39,338 nucleotides of DNA from Veleropilina oligotropha (taxonomy: Eukaryota). The DNA lies in the NCBI GenBank assembly GCA_048128005.1, contig JBEUKZ010000036.1, positions 496,001 through 535,338 of the forward strand, written 5' to 3'. Below are positions 1 through 11,752 of this stretch, piece after piece. Below the pieces are notes generated by a model. That model was not told where the DNA came from. It searched no databases and saw only the letters and a program-made list of their open reading frames with translations. The position numbers and the translations under genes are program-made. How positions within the stretch are numbered: position 1 is the first letter of the stretch; each line of letters begins with the position of its first letter.

Positions 1-2985
1 ACAGGAAACATTGGTGTGATGCAGCTCACGATCCCTCGACTCAAGAAACACGACGCTTCCTCTCTGCTACTCACCCACCATGCTAAGCAGCTGGATCACT
101 ATACGGGACCTTCCAAGCTGAACCCACCCCTGCTTCCGACGAAAGCCTTGTCCGCTGACGAGTCGCAGCTTCAGTTCGCTTCAATCAAGCACAGTCAGCA
201 GCGAGACGCAGCCTGGCTGTCGCAAGTCCACGAGAACGACAAGCCGGTAGAGTGGGCAGGCTTCAATGCTCAGCAAGACCGACTTGTTTCATGCTTTGCC
301 CAGAAGCCCAAGACACTGGTGGTGTTCGGACCGATGATTGATTCGCCACCAGCACACCCAGACACCGTTCTTACTACACTTGTGTATCTCGAGCGGACTC
401 TCAAAACTTTTGGGATGGAGTATATTCACCTCTCAGTCGACCTTCAACTGTATCAGACTGCATGCCTAGTTCAATGGAATGACCCTCAGCGCTGGACCAG
501 CCTCGTACTTCACCCAGGTATGATGCACACTCTCATGAGCTTCCTGGGTTGTATAGGTACACTGATGAAGGCATCTGGCATGGACGTACTCCTGAGTGCA
601 GCGTTTGGTTGCATCACCAGCATCATCAATGGGAAGGCCTGGAACAACGCTCTACGTGCATACCGTCTCATTATCGCTGTATTGCTGCAGAGTTTCTACT
701 CGAAAGGTGCCAAGACATACCAGGAGCTGAGCCACTACCTAGATACAGCCAGAGAGCACCCGACAGGTAAGCTATGGGTAGACTGCCTCGTCAAGCCTAC
801 ACTGCTGGCACTCATGTTCCTGCGCGGAGAGCGAAACGGTGATTTTCTCCTTCAACAGCACTGCCTCAACGCGATGCTGCCGTATTTCTTCGCAGCGGGT
901 CACCACAATTATGCTCGTTATCTCAGCTGGTATGTGCGTCAGATGGAACACCTTCCCCAGCGTGCTAAGGCGGACCTACTGGCAGGCGCGCACGTCTGTC
1001 GGCACTCGGACGGCGGGCCCGCAGTGCCAGCAGATCAGTTTGGTGAGCAGACGTATATCAAGCGAGGGAAAGGTGCTGGGGGTAAGAAGGGTATCTCAAC
1101 GAGTGCTGAACAAGTGGCTGTGTGGGTCAACAGTTTCAGTGTGTGCGCCCACCTCGATATTGCCATGGAAGATATGTACTGTGAAGCTGGGGACGAGGAG
1201 AAACCACATGGCAGAGCCAACGGGGAGGAGAAGCACAAGCACAAAGAGGGGGGAGAAGGAAGAAGGAAACTGGACGAGGCCGATAGGAGGAAGATCGCGA
1301 ATGAGCTGTCAAAATACACCCACCCCCTCAACGAGCGGTGCCCTGATCTTTACAACTTCTGCAATGGCCAAGTGGCACCAGATACAGTGAACGTTCAGAA
1401 TGCACTGGCCATCGGGATTGATCAGAGCAATCTGTTCTCTGCTTCGCTCAGCAGTGGTTTCCACACAGTCATAAAAAAGAAAGTAAAATCAATGGAGGCA
1501 CTCAAGAAGGCAGTCACTGTGAAGGGGAGAGCTATCTACGATATCGAGACGTTGTTTAGTCGGCTGTTGGTTGTGGGACAGCAGCGCAACATGAAGGTGG
1601 AAGACGTCTTGCAGTTCGAGATGAGTCCAGTCCCTCCAGCTCTGATCGACGAGTACGGCTGCTTGAGGAAGGGCGCCAAGGCTGTGCTCGTCAAGTGTCT
1701 CGGTGTATCTACTACGACTTCACCTGCACCAGACATGGTCCTGGTTGACGCCGGGCAGCTGATGTATCATGTGGTCTGGCCAGCCACTGGGACTGCGGGA
1801 GACCTGCCTGCAAGCTTCGGTGCTCGACTGGCCGACTACCCTCCCGACTCCAAGAAACTCGTGATTTTCGATCGCTACGACCAAGAATTTCCCACAGCAA
1901 AGGACCATGAACGAACAAGAAGGGGGAGAGCCAAGGAAGTCCGGCTGACCCCAAACACCTCCCTTCCATGTCGAGAAGCTATTCTACACAATGTTACAAA
2001 CAAGAGTCTGCTTAACAATATCCTATGCGGCTACCCCCTTCCACACAACATCCAGCTCGTCAACAAGCTGGACTGTGTAGTCACCCACGATGAGGCAGAC
2101 ATCACCCTCTGCAGCTACAGGCTGAAAGCGGTGGCGGACGGTGTCCAGACCATCCGCATCCTCAGTGACGACACCGACGTTTTCGTCCTCCTGGTGTACT
2201 GGACATCGAGGAATCGAGTCGTCGCCAATATTCAAATGGAAAAGTGGAATGGCGATGTCCTGAACATCAACAAAACGGTCGAGCAGTTAGGCCCCAGAAA
2301 GTGCAGCCAGCTTCTCGGGGTCCACGCGCTTTCAGGCTGCGATACGGTGTCGTACCCCTTCGGTAAAGGAAAGTTATCGGCGCTCAAGCTCCTGGAGACA
2401 GACATGCCAGGTCTTGATATAGTGCTCGGGCAGCCTGGCGCAACCCACGCTCAGCTCAAGGCGGTAGCAGACAGCTTTTTTCTATCCCTCTATGGACAGA
2501 AGCGCTGTACGACAATGAATGAAGCACGTGCTCGCTTCTTCCGCTGCCGAAAGAAGCCTCCACCACTGAAGAAACTACCGCCGACTGATGCCAACCTACA
2601 GCTGCACGTACTCCGAGCCCACCTTCAGATGCTAATGTGGAAGGCAGCAGCCCTACGCGACCCACCCAAAGAAGCACGAGACATTACCAACTTCGGTTGG
2701 TGCATCGAAGGATCTGCCATCACACCGGCCGTCTCAACAGCGCCAGTTGCTCCCCTAGCACTCCTGGATGTAGTAAGCTGCAGCTGCGCCATAGAGGGCA
2801 AGGCATGCAGCGGCGCACGTTGCAGCTGCAACAGTGCAGGCCTTTCATGCACAGACTACTGCAAATGTGAAGGAGAAGCCGCCTGCTATAATCCATTCAC
2901 TTGCAAGCAGATGAATATCCAAGACGACGAAGGAGAGCTAGGTGTAAATGATGATGATGATGAAGAGCACCAGTATGAATATTAG
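1..2985 (+). CDS. AcademX-type transposon protein (putative DDE transposase + XPG/FEN1-like PIN nuclease + C-terminal Cys-rich zinc finger), 5'-partial
   Basis: Frame is open from base 1 to TAG at 2983-2985. XPG/PIN-type motifs VDAG, VIFDRY, HDEAD, SDDTDVFVLL and the H3TH motif HALSGCDTVSYPFGKGK are present, followed by LPPT...HVLRAHLQ and a terminal CSC...C...CSC...CTDYCKC. The N-terminal half has SVDLQLY, HPGMMH and DQFGEQTY. This order matches the transposase-XPG-Cys8 architecture described for AcademX. Confidence 0.8.
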   Translation, partial: TGNIGVMQLTIPRLKKHDASSLLLTHHAKQLDHYTGPSKLNPPLLPTKALSADESQLQFASIKHSQQRDAAWLSQVHENDKPVEWAGFNAQQDRLVSCFAQKPKTLVVFGPMIDSPPAHPDTVLTTLVYLERTLKTFGMEYIHLSVDLQLYQTACLVQWNDPQRWTSLVLHPGMMHTLMSFLGCIGTLMKASGMDVLLSAAFGCITSIINGKAWNNALRAYRLIIAVLLQSFYSKGAKTYQELSHYLDTAREHPTGKLWVDCLVKPTLLALMFLRGERNGDFLLQQHCLNAMLPYFFAAGHHNYARYLSWYVRQMEHLPQRAKADLLAGAHVCRHSDGGPAVPADQFGEQTYIKRGKGAGGKKGISTSAEQVAVWVNSFSVCAHLDIAMEDMYCEAGDEEKPHGRANGEEKHKHKEGGEGRRKLDEADRRKIANELSKYTHPLNERCPDLYNFCNGQVAPDTVNVQNALAIGIDQSNLFSASLSSGFHTVIKKKVKSMEALKKAVTVKGRAIYDIETLFSRLLVVGQQRNMKVEDVLQFEMSPVPPALIDEYGCLRKGAKAVLVKCLGVSTTTSPAPDMVLVDAGQLMYHVVWPATGTAGDLPASFGARLADYPPDSKKLVIFDRYDQEFPTAKDHERTRRGRAKEVRLTPNTSLPCREAILHNVTNKSLLNNILCGYPLPHNIQLVNKLDCVVTHDEADITLCSYRLKAVADGVQTIRILSDDTDVFVLLVYWTSRNRVVANIQMEKWNGDVLNINKTVEQLGPRKCSQLLGVHALSGCDTVSYPFGKGKLSALKLLETDMPGLDIVLGQPGATHAQLKAVADSFFLSLYGQKRCTTMNEARARFFRCRKKPPPLKKLPPTDANLQLHVLRAHLQMLMWKAAALRDPPKEARDITNFGWCIEGSAITPAVSTAPVAPLALLDVVSCSCAIEGKACSGARCSCNSAGLSCTDYCKCEGEAACYNPFTCKQMNIQDDEGELGVNDDDDEEHQYEY

Positions 2986-3443
2986 AGGATTGTGATATCT
3001 GTGATTGTGATTGCTGGTGATACGTACTGTCACTCATTGTCACTGTAAAGGTCGGGGTAATGTTCGTCGCAGGTCTCTGGATCCGTTTTCATGTCTTATG
3101 AGTAATAAAATACATTTTCTGTTTTCTGACATTTGACATCTTGATTTAACCATGACTTTGACCCCGTATCCAGCAAATAACTCCAGAAATGGATTCCCCA
3201 CCATCGAAAACCCCTAAAAAGAGGTATTGCACGTCTCTATAGTATAGGACATGGAGATCAAAAGTTGAAGATTAGCCAAAATCCAAGATGGCGGCCGCCG
3301 CCATCTTGAATTCTAAGAAAAGCTCAACGCTGTCAAAGTAGCAACCAAGCTAATTTGGCTTGCATTACTACATAGAACAGATTTCCGTGCTAAAAGTTTA
3401 CAGTAGTTAACATTGCAGGGTCAACATTTTGGCAACTAGACTA
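1..3443 (+). mobile_element. Academ (AcademX) DNA transposon, 3' portion with putative right terminus
   Basis: ORF above, AATAAA at 3104-3109, subterminal palindrome at 3284-3308, and a putative end ...GGCAACTAGACTA (3443) that fits TAG...CTA Academ-type termini. The left TIR and TSD lie outside the window, so the end is inferred. Confidence 0.65.
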
Positions 3444-3794
3444 TAACTACATTCGCTACCACGGGAAATGTTCAAAACATGACGGGGAAATGATTTCATT
3501 TAGAATTTGGTTGCAACTTGAACACTCTGATTTGACGATGTTATGGAGTTTGAATTAAAATATATTTTCACAGTGAATTATAAGCTGTGATAAGCGGATT
3601 ATGCATGCTGTAATTGCAAGAGTTGGTGGATTTCTAAAATTTCAAGACTCGAGACGGGGACAGTCGAATTGAAAACACGTAATATAGCACACGAACACAT
3701 AATGATATATTTGATCGATTTTGCATTCACTTTTGTAAAATATAATAATATTGTTTTCTCACATAAGATGGCGACAACACATTATGGCTTGAAC

Positions 3795-3970
3795 AACAGT
3801 CTCTCGACGATAAGTCACAAAATAAAAGAAAATATCGAAATCGCGAGGCAAATGCCCCACACATTGATTGCAATATATCTCTATGTTATATAGCAATCAA
3901 TATGTTGTGCATTTTCCTGGCGATTTCGAAAATCTTTGCTTATCATGTTACTTATCGTCAAGAGACTGTG
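3795..3970. mobile_element. 176-bp palindromic MITE with 7-bp TSD (P/Galileo-like), related to the element at 20205-21074
   Basis: Ends (A)ACAGTCTCTCGACGATAAGTCACA and TGTTACTTATCGTCAAGAGACTGTG are inverted. CTTGAAC flanks both sides (3788-3794, 3971-3977). Internal ATCGAAATCGCGAGGCAAATGCCCC...ATTGATTGC resembles the TIR at 20246-20283. Confidence 0.75.
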
Positions 3971-4718
3971 CTTGAACCTGGTAATAGCAGAACCCCTGTA
4001 ATCTGGCATACGATATACTATAGCCCCACCCCCTACATGATATTGTGTAGTATCAGTGTACAGTACTAGCTTGTATATGATGTTGGAAACTTTATTTTAT
4101 GACAACTTTTGACATTTTTCTCAGTCAGGACACCCGGTAATTAAGTTTCACTCCGTTCTGACCAACACACATAATATACCTATATATTATTCCAAGCAGT
4201 AAAATGAGCCACCGACCGGGTTCGCACTAGATCCCACATAACAGCATTGGTCCAGTGTTGAACACACTAACCATTCATCCGCAGAGAGCGCTAATTATGT
4301 ATACAAAAAGTGTGGTAATTAATTGGGTTTTAGGCTCATAATATTAATTTCCTTTTGATCTTGATTTAAAATTAGACCTGGTATATTTACCTGGGAAGAT
4401 TACCATTATGAAGCAATGTTCAGTCAGGTTGTCGAATGGTATCTGGCACCATAGTCCATGATTTTTTGGCTAAAATGGGTCAAGAAAGATTCAGAACTGA
4501 AGAAATCAGCATGGTGGTCTTCTTCAGGCTGTCAACATTGATAATTTCTCACTGATCCATACCTTGATTAATTTGAGCTCACAGCTCTTTCTATTCTCAA
4601 AATGAGCAATACAGTACTTGAATACACAGAAAATTAAACACTGAATCATTCAGATATATGAAAACAGCACAGTAATATTAAATTTATTTTATTTCATTAA
4701 TTCCATGTGAATATATTA

Positions 4719-5166
4719 TTTTATTATATGCCAGTCGTTTTCTGACGCCTATTCTCGCGCAGTTTTCCGAGACCCTGTATCACGGACACAGCTGATATCG
4801 ATTCGGTAAACGTCTCCTGCTTATATATGCACAGGAAAACGTCTCCTGCTTATATATTCAAAATGGCTGACAAATCGTAGGAACTACTACCAATATAGTC
4901 CTATACTATTTCAACCTCCCTTACAGATTCGTGACTAAAAGTACCATAATCTTTCGATTAAATTTAATAAGAAACTTGTTGTGGCATATAATAAAAATGT
5001 TATCAGTTATTGTGTGGATTCTGGCACATCGGAAACCTCACGTGACGTCGTAGTTTTTGCGGCAGATAAATCACTCGAACTTCGTTCTCGCGATTAATCC
5101 GCTGCAAAAACTACGACGTCACTCGACGTTTCCGATGTGCCAGAATCCACACAATACTGATAACAT
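4719..5166. mobile_element. Non-autonomous Crypton-like element with two sets of inverted repeats
   Basis: A 15-bp inverted repeat TTTTATTATATGCCA (4719-4733) / TGGCATATAATAAAA (4982-4996) is followed directly by a ~170-bp near-perfect hairpin (4997-5166). No TSD seen. The structure is seen directly; the family call is inference. Confidence 0.5.
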
Positions 5167-7504
5167 CATTGTATCTCAGTAATGCTACATATCCAGATAG
5201 TGTTTTCAGAAGATTAATATACTAGTATGACATTATAGGTAAGTTAACGTAAAGCATGTTGAGAGTCCATGAGGTCAGTATGAAAGACGAAAAACAGATT
5301 AATAAATAACTTTCTGACCAGTAATGAAATTGAACTTACAATTGTGTTTCTGCACTTTCTTCAAACTATATATATAACCCGCATGACCAGTTTAAGATAT
5401 ACAAGTAACTAACAATGCTAAATACATGATTAATTATTATGAAAATATGACATTACAAATATAAACTTTTATAACACTTTTTACACACAAATTATCAAAT
5501 TTATCATAACACTAATGTTATTATATATTTATACATACGTTTGCTGTAGTATTTTTATATCATTATGCATCTTTCAAGCAGGATTGTTCACAATTTATTA
5601 AATTTGTGAGACGTATACTGATCAATCATAATATTTATGATGATACTATACAAAGTTTTTCCAAAGTACACGAAGCAAGAATTCACAAATTGAATGGCAA
5701 ATATTATATTCCTCAATTCCGCATTCCATGGGTTCATGTATTCCTCCAAAGAGTTGCGATGAACTCTATGGAAGATTAAATGGAGTATCCTTTCGATCCG
5801 CTCGATCCATTGCAAGCCTTTTCAGAAAATCACAGATCAGCTGAAATAAAATAAATTTACAGAATGATGGAAATAAATTTAAGAATTGAAAATTATTCGC
5901 AACAATGTAAAACTTAAAATATAAAGTCGAGTTATATATATATATATATGAATAAAATTTAATGTTCATTTGATGATTGTTTTAAAAATAAATTTCATAA
6001 ACATCTATTGGACTAAACATGTTCCATTTAATAGGAAAATATTTTATTAATAAAATTATATATTTAATAAAATTTACTTATTTCCTTTGTATATTTTCAT
6101 AAAATTTACTTATTTCTTCTATATATTTCATAAAATACACTTTTCACTTTTATTTAAGAATTTACCCATAAAATAAAATTATTTTCATAATACTCAAAAG
6201 AGATCAATTATGAGTAAATTTCTATAAAATTATAAAGTCCTATTAACACAATTTATTCATGAATTAACTTCGAAATGCTTGGATTCCTGTATGTTCTTTG
6301 CTAGTTGGAAGATATGGCAACAAGAAAATAAGTACAAATTATATATAACCTACATTTAAGAAGAAAATTCAAAATAAGTAATTCAATATATATAAAATGA
6401 TGAAGACTAGAAAACCATATTAAATATTATTTTGTAATACAATTCTTAATAGTTATGATTGACAATATCACAATTTGCACGATTTGATATCAGAAAAAAT
6501 ACTAGTAACATACTATGTCACTATGTAGGGTAGGCCTCTTTAGGCCTTTTTAGGCTAATATATTACTTGAATACGTAGGCTACTGTAGCCTTCTCCCGTG
6601 ATCCGTTTACCGTTACAAGCTGTACTTACCAAAATGCAAACCCGGAAACCGTTCTTCGTGGTGAAACTTGGTCGTATTTCAGTATTTCGTAAGTCACTGA
6701 TTCATGCAATCGCCGCATTTATCGTCGTTGTTTGGATCATGAGTACCACGTGTAACAGCAAAAAACTAGATGCCATTTACTAAAGTTGAATGAAATGATG
6801 GTACCGATGTCATCTCCGTCACTGACGTCACAGCGGCATATTGTAACGAGTTGTAGCAATTTTCGTTTCGTATTTAAATAAATAATATGGTACACCATAT
6901 GGCCCCAACTACATAATAATTATGCTAATTCATTTTAACGTCGATTACGGAAGCAAAATATGTTATATGTCATTATGACTGGTAGATATCAACATTTCCT
7001 GCATTTGAACTCTTTTTGAATTTACAAATGACATTTTGGAATTTAGTTTGATTTCCGCTAAAAACACTAAATGACTTTTTTATTAATTATATCTTATGGC
7101 TCTGAGGACGGTATAAAACCACCATCAATTGCCAGATAAGCAAAGCTATAGTGTCTATTTGTTGTTGATAATCATATTTTTGTAAATGGAAAATTTCAAA
7201 ATGATGTGACTTCAAAAACTACACGTTGTCAAGGAGTATATATATCAAGGATATTACGCCACAATACAAAAAAACGTTAAACAATTTTAAACTTAATTTT
7301 CTCCTTAATTAGCATAATTACGTCACCCTAATTACAAAATAGTTGTCCCCTTACAAAATTCATAACTTTCGTAATTTTTGTCAGATCAGAACAATTTAAA
7401 CACCAGAATACTCAGTATGTACATAGCTATTGAGATATGCTAAAATCTCAATTTTGAAAAAAATGCGACATGCGCCTCAGTTTGTGATGGCGGGTCACAT
7501 ACGT

Positions 7505-8580
7505 ATTTTTTAGTAATTAGGCCATTTCGGCTATCTAGGTCATCCAAGGTCAAAGGTCAAGGTCACTACAGAAAGCCTACTTCATATGATGTCCCAATTG
7601 TCCATAAGCTATTTTTTGCCAATTTTCGTTAATTATATCATTTTGGGTATCTAGGTCATTCGAGGTCAAAGGTCAAGGTCTCATTATAAAACTTATATGG
7701 CTTCACATATGTTCCTACATCATTATTACCCGTTTTTTTAGCATTTAGGACATTTTCGGATATCTAGGTCATCCATGGTCAAGGGTCAAGGTCACCTTAT
7801 AAATCCTACTTAATATGTCCTAAATGTTCATTGGTTATTTTACCTTAGAAAGCCTACTTAATATGTCGTAAATGTCCAAAGGCTGTTTTTGCCAATTTTC
7901 GTTAATTTGGTCATTTTTGGTTATCTAGGTCATCCGAGGTCAAAGGTCAAGGTCGAATTAGAAAACTTCCATGACTTCACATATGTTGTTACATCATAAT
8001 TACTCATTTTTTAAGCAATTAGGTCATTTTCGGCTATCTAGGTCATCCGAGGTCAAAGGTCAAGGTCTTCATATACAACCCTCTCAATATGTCCCAAATA
8101 ATGATATACCAGTTTTACCAATTAGCTTTAAATGTTATTTTTGGTTATCAAAGTCATTGCAGTTCAAAGTAAAATTTAAAAGCTCACCCATGACTATATG
8201 GACAGACAGACAAACAGATGTACTAACTGATCTGAATAACACCAAATTCAACAGACGTCTAGATTACGGCATACTTAATTTGACCGATTACATCCTTATG
8301 TTTTTCCTTAAATCTTGTTCATGTCATTTATATGGACGGACAAACAAACAAAAGGACCAACTGAGCAGAATAACACCAAATCCACAAGGACTCTAGTCTG
8401 TTTCTCAATAAACATGATTACCAAATTTGAAATTGATAGTCGTTACCTTTTTCATGAAATCAATGCAAACGAATTCCTGTTCACATTTTATATACGGACA
8501 AACAAACAGACAGACAACGTTTTACCAGACAAGTTCCTACAAGAAGCACCTTTCCAAAACTACAATAAGGCTGGCATAAT
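7505..8580 (+). repeat. Degenerate ~115-160-bp tandem units with AGGTCA clusters, followed by GACA/AACA microsatellite remnants (Helentron-associated repeat)
   Basis: CTAGGTCATCC(A/G)AGGTCAAAGGTCAAGGTC-like motif recurs near 7535, 7651, 7764, 7925 and 8038. GGACAGACAGACAAAC-type tracts occur at ~8200, ~8334 and ~8496. Confidence 0.7.
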
Positions 8581-9941
8581 CAATCCTTATAATATTCCAA
8601 TGTAACATTGGAAATTGCACTGCCATAAATCAGAAAGTTGCAGCAGCGATCTTGCATTAAGGGGAAATATATAAATATATATAAATCCAAATAACAATTC
8701 AACTTTAAGTTATTTAATTTTATGTATATATACTTTAATTGCAAATTTGATATGCTTGGACTACACAATTTCGAGTTGATCAAACGTATTTCAAACGTAA
8801 TTCATGACCTATTGTAATATGGCAAATTCTGCAAATATCTCCGACGTTGACAAAACTTAACTCGCAATAAATCGATAAATACACGTTGGATCTGCATGAA
8901 ATTTTCAGGATTGGTAGATTATTATGTGCTTGCGTAATAAATTATGTGTTATGTAAAAAAGGATTTATTCGAAATATCGCAACCAGTCGAATATTTTAAG
9001 TTAAAAGCAAAACTTTCACTGATATCAAACATAACGCGAGAAAGTTGTTGATAATGTCCAACTCTGTCACTTGTCAAAATTTGAGATGTCTGGTGTGAGA
9101 GGTTACCGAATTACGGTCCCTTGTTACAAAATAGTTCGATTGATTCTTAAAATGCTTATAATTTTAAGATTTCACATTTATTTCTATTTTTTTCTGCTGA
9201 TATCATTATAATTTCTTCAGAACTACATTTTGCATTCCGAAATTATACATTTATTTGGATTTGACGAAAATAAAAACTTGGGCACTGTACCGCTACGAAA
9301 TGATCACCATGTCATCACCATAATATACAGATTTAGTTTGCAACATTTCACCACTATTGGATTAGCACTTTTTGAGGAGAGGATTTGAATAGGGTACCAC
9401 CCTAATCAAACATGGCCGCCATAATATTGACCAATGAGATCCATTTACACAACAACATTTGTCCTCCGCATGACACTATCATACCTGAAAATTTGAAATG
9501 TGTGCCTTGCGTAATTTTCGAGTAATTGCTGTTTATCCGAGACAGAGAAAAAATAATAATAATAACTAGAACTGCAAGCAGTTATATGGCTTCCATTGTT
9601 ACCAAATTAATAAGCAACAGGTCATGGTCTCGTTTGAATGCCCCCTCGACTTTGCAAAATTGCATACATTATTTTGGAGCATTTATGCTTATTATGTCAT
9701 TTTCGACTATCTAGGTCATCCAAAGTTTAAGGTCAATGTCACATTAGAAAGCCTACTTAATATGTTCTAAATGTCTATATGCTATTGATTACCAATTGTC
9801 GTAAATCATGCCATTTTTGGTTATCTAGGTCATACAAGGTAAAATGCAAAAGTCGCATAAAACACTAGTGGGTACACCCATTTAAAAACTGGGTGATTTC
9901 GCTCAAATCCCCCATTTCTCGCCCCCTTTACCCCCACCCCA

Positions 9942-10998
9942 CACACTAAATGCCCCACTAAATGCCACACTTAACGCCCACTAAATGATACATTCAACGC
10001 ACCATTAAACGTCACAATAAATGCCCACTAAACGTCCATTAAACACCACACTAAACACATCACCAAATGCCCCATTAAACACTCCATTAAACGCGCCATT
10101 AAACACCACAATAAACGCACCAATAAACGTCCACTAAATGCCACACTAAATGCCCAACTGAACGCCACACTAAACTCCCCATTAAGCGCTCCACTAAACT
10201 CCCCATTAAATGCCCCAATAAACATCACACAAAACGCCACTGTAAATGCCCCACAAAACTCCCCATTAAACGTCCCACTAAACGGCCCAGTAAATGCCCA
10301 CTAAATGCCCACTAAACGCCCACTAAACGCCCACACTAAACGCCCACTAAGTGCCCCACAAAATGCCCCACTAAACGTCACATGAAATGTCACACGAAAC
10401 ATCACACGAAATTCCCACTAAATACCCCACTAAATGCCCTATTAAATGCATTTACTGGGGCATTTACATGGGCGTTTACACTAAACGCTGCACTAAACGC
10501 TGCACTAAATGCTGAATTAAATGCCGCACAAAACGCTGTACTAAATGTCGCACTAAACATCGCACTAAATGTCGCACGAAACATCACACAAAACTTCACA
10601 CGAAACGTTGCACTAAACGTCGCACTAAATGTTGAACTAAACTTCGCATGAAACATCGCACTAAACGTCGCATGAAACGTTACACGAAATGTCGCACAAA
10701 ACGTCGCACTAAATGTCGCACAAAACATCACACAAAATGTCGCACCAAACGTTGCACTAAATGTCGCATGAAACATCACACGAAATGTCGCACTAAGCGT
10801 CACACTAAACATCGCATTAAACGTCACACTAAACATCGCACTAAATGTCGCACGAAATGTCGCACTAAACATCGCACTGAACGTCGCATTAAACGTCGCA
10901 CTAAACGTCGCAATAAATGTCGCATTAAACGTCACACTAAACACCCCATTAAATGCCCAGCTAATCGCCCACAAAACGTGCACTGAACGCCCCACTAA
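9942..10998 (+). repeat. 11-12-bp minisatellite (CACTAAATGCCC grading to CACTAAACGTCG)
   Basis: Directly visible periodicity; it explains the repetitive FSAT/TKRR ORFs. Confidence 0.95.
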
Positions 10999-11752
10999 AT
11001 AATAAAGAGGTGAATGAATGACAGGAAAATATCATTGGTAAATCTATATCGGTAAATCAGTAACATAATTATTGGCATATAATGTTTCTAAATCATACAA
11101 GTTTGCTTGTGAGACCGTAACTACTTTCCATACAAGTACCATCTTAAATATGGTATTGTCTAAGCCGATGACGATTTATCAATGTGAGCATTTACCACCG
11201 TACGACATTGTTACGCCTACCCGATACCATGCAGAACTCTATTTTGAGCGTATCTTTAGTCAAACGTAAGCTGCGACCGAGATGTGCATGTTCACAATGA
11301 CCGTAGTTTAATAACTCATAACAATGCAAACTTTTGCACCTAAGATTTACTAAACCGTTCAAAACATTCAGTCAACAGTCAGTCGGTGCTAATATAAAAA
11401 TGCCAGAGACACAACCAAATGCACGGATTCAACGAGGTGTTGTCGATTATGTAACGATGAATGTTTCGGGATTAGTTGGCAATCTCCGGCTCATAAACAA
11501 TGAACACAAATGAAATACGCATATGTAGAATTGGCGGACATATTCATTATTATGATGGGCACTAGCTAATCTTAAAATTGAATATGTGAAATTCATAAAA
11601 TATGTCCACATTTAAAACTATATGACAATTAATCTTTATTTTTATATATATTTAAAATACAATTTGTCGTCAATTATTATTAAGACATTAATTAACAAGG
11701 TATATCAGATATAATAGCTTGAAAAATGAAATAAAAAACAACAACATTTTAC

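Noticed and set aside
549..2870. Short alternative-frame and antisense ORFs inside the Academ ORF
   Set aside because: Shadow ORFs of a GC-rich coding region.
4205..4292. Faint tRNA/SINE-like segment on the minus strand
   Set aside because: Boxes too degenerate to support.
7535..8070. Regularly spaced ~30-bp repeats resembling a CRISPR array
   Set aside because: The spacers are homologous to each other, the context is eukaryotic, and there are no cas genes.
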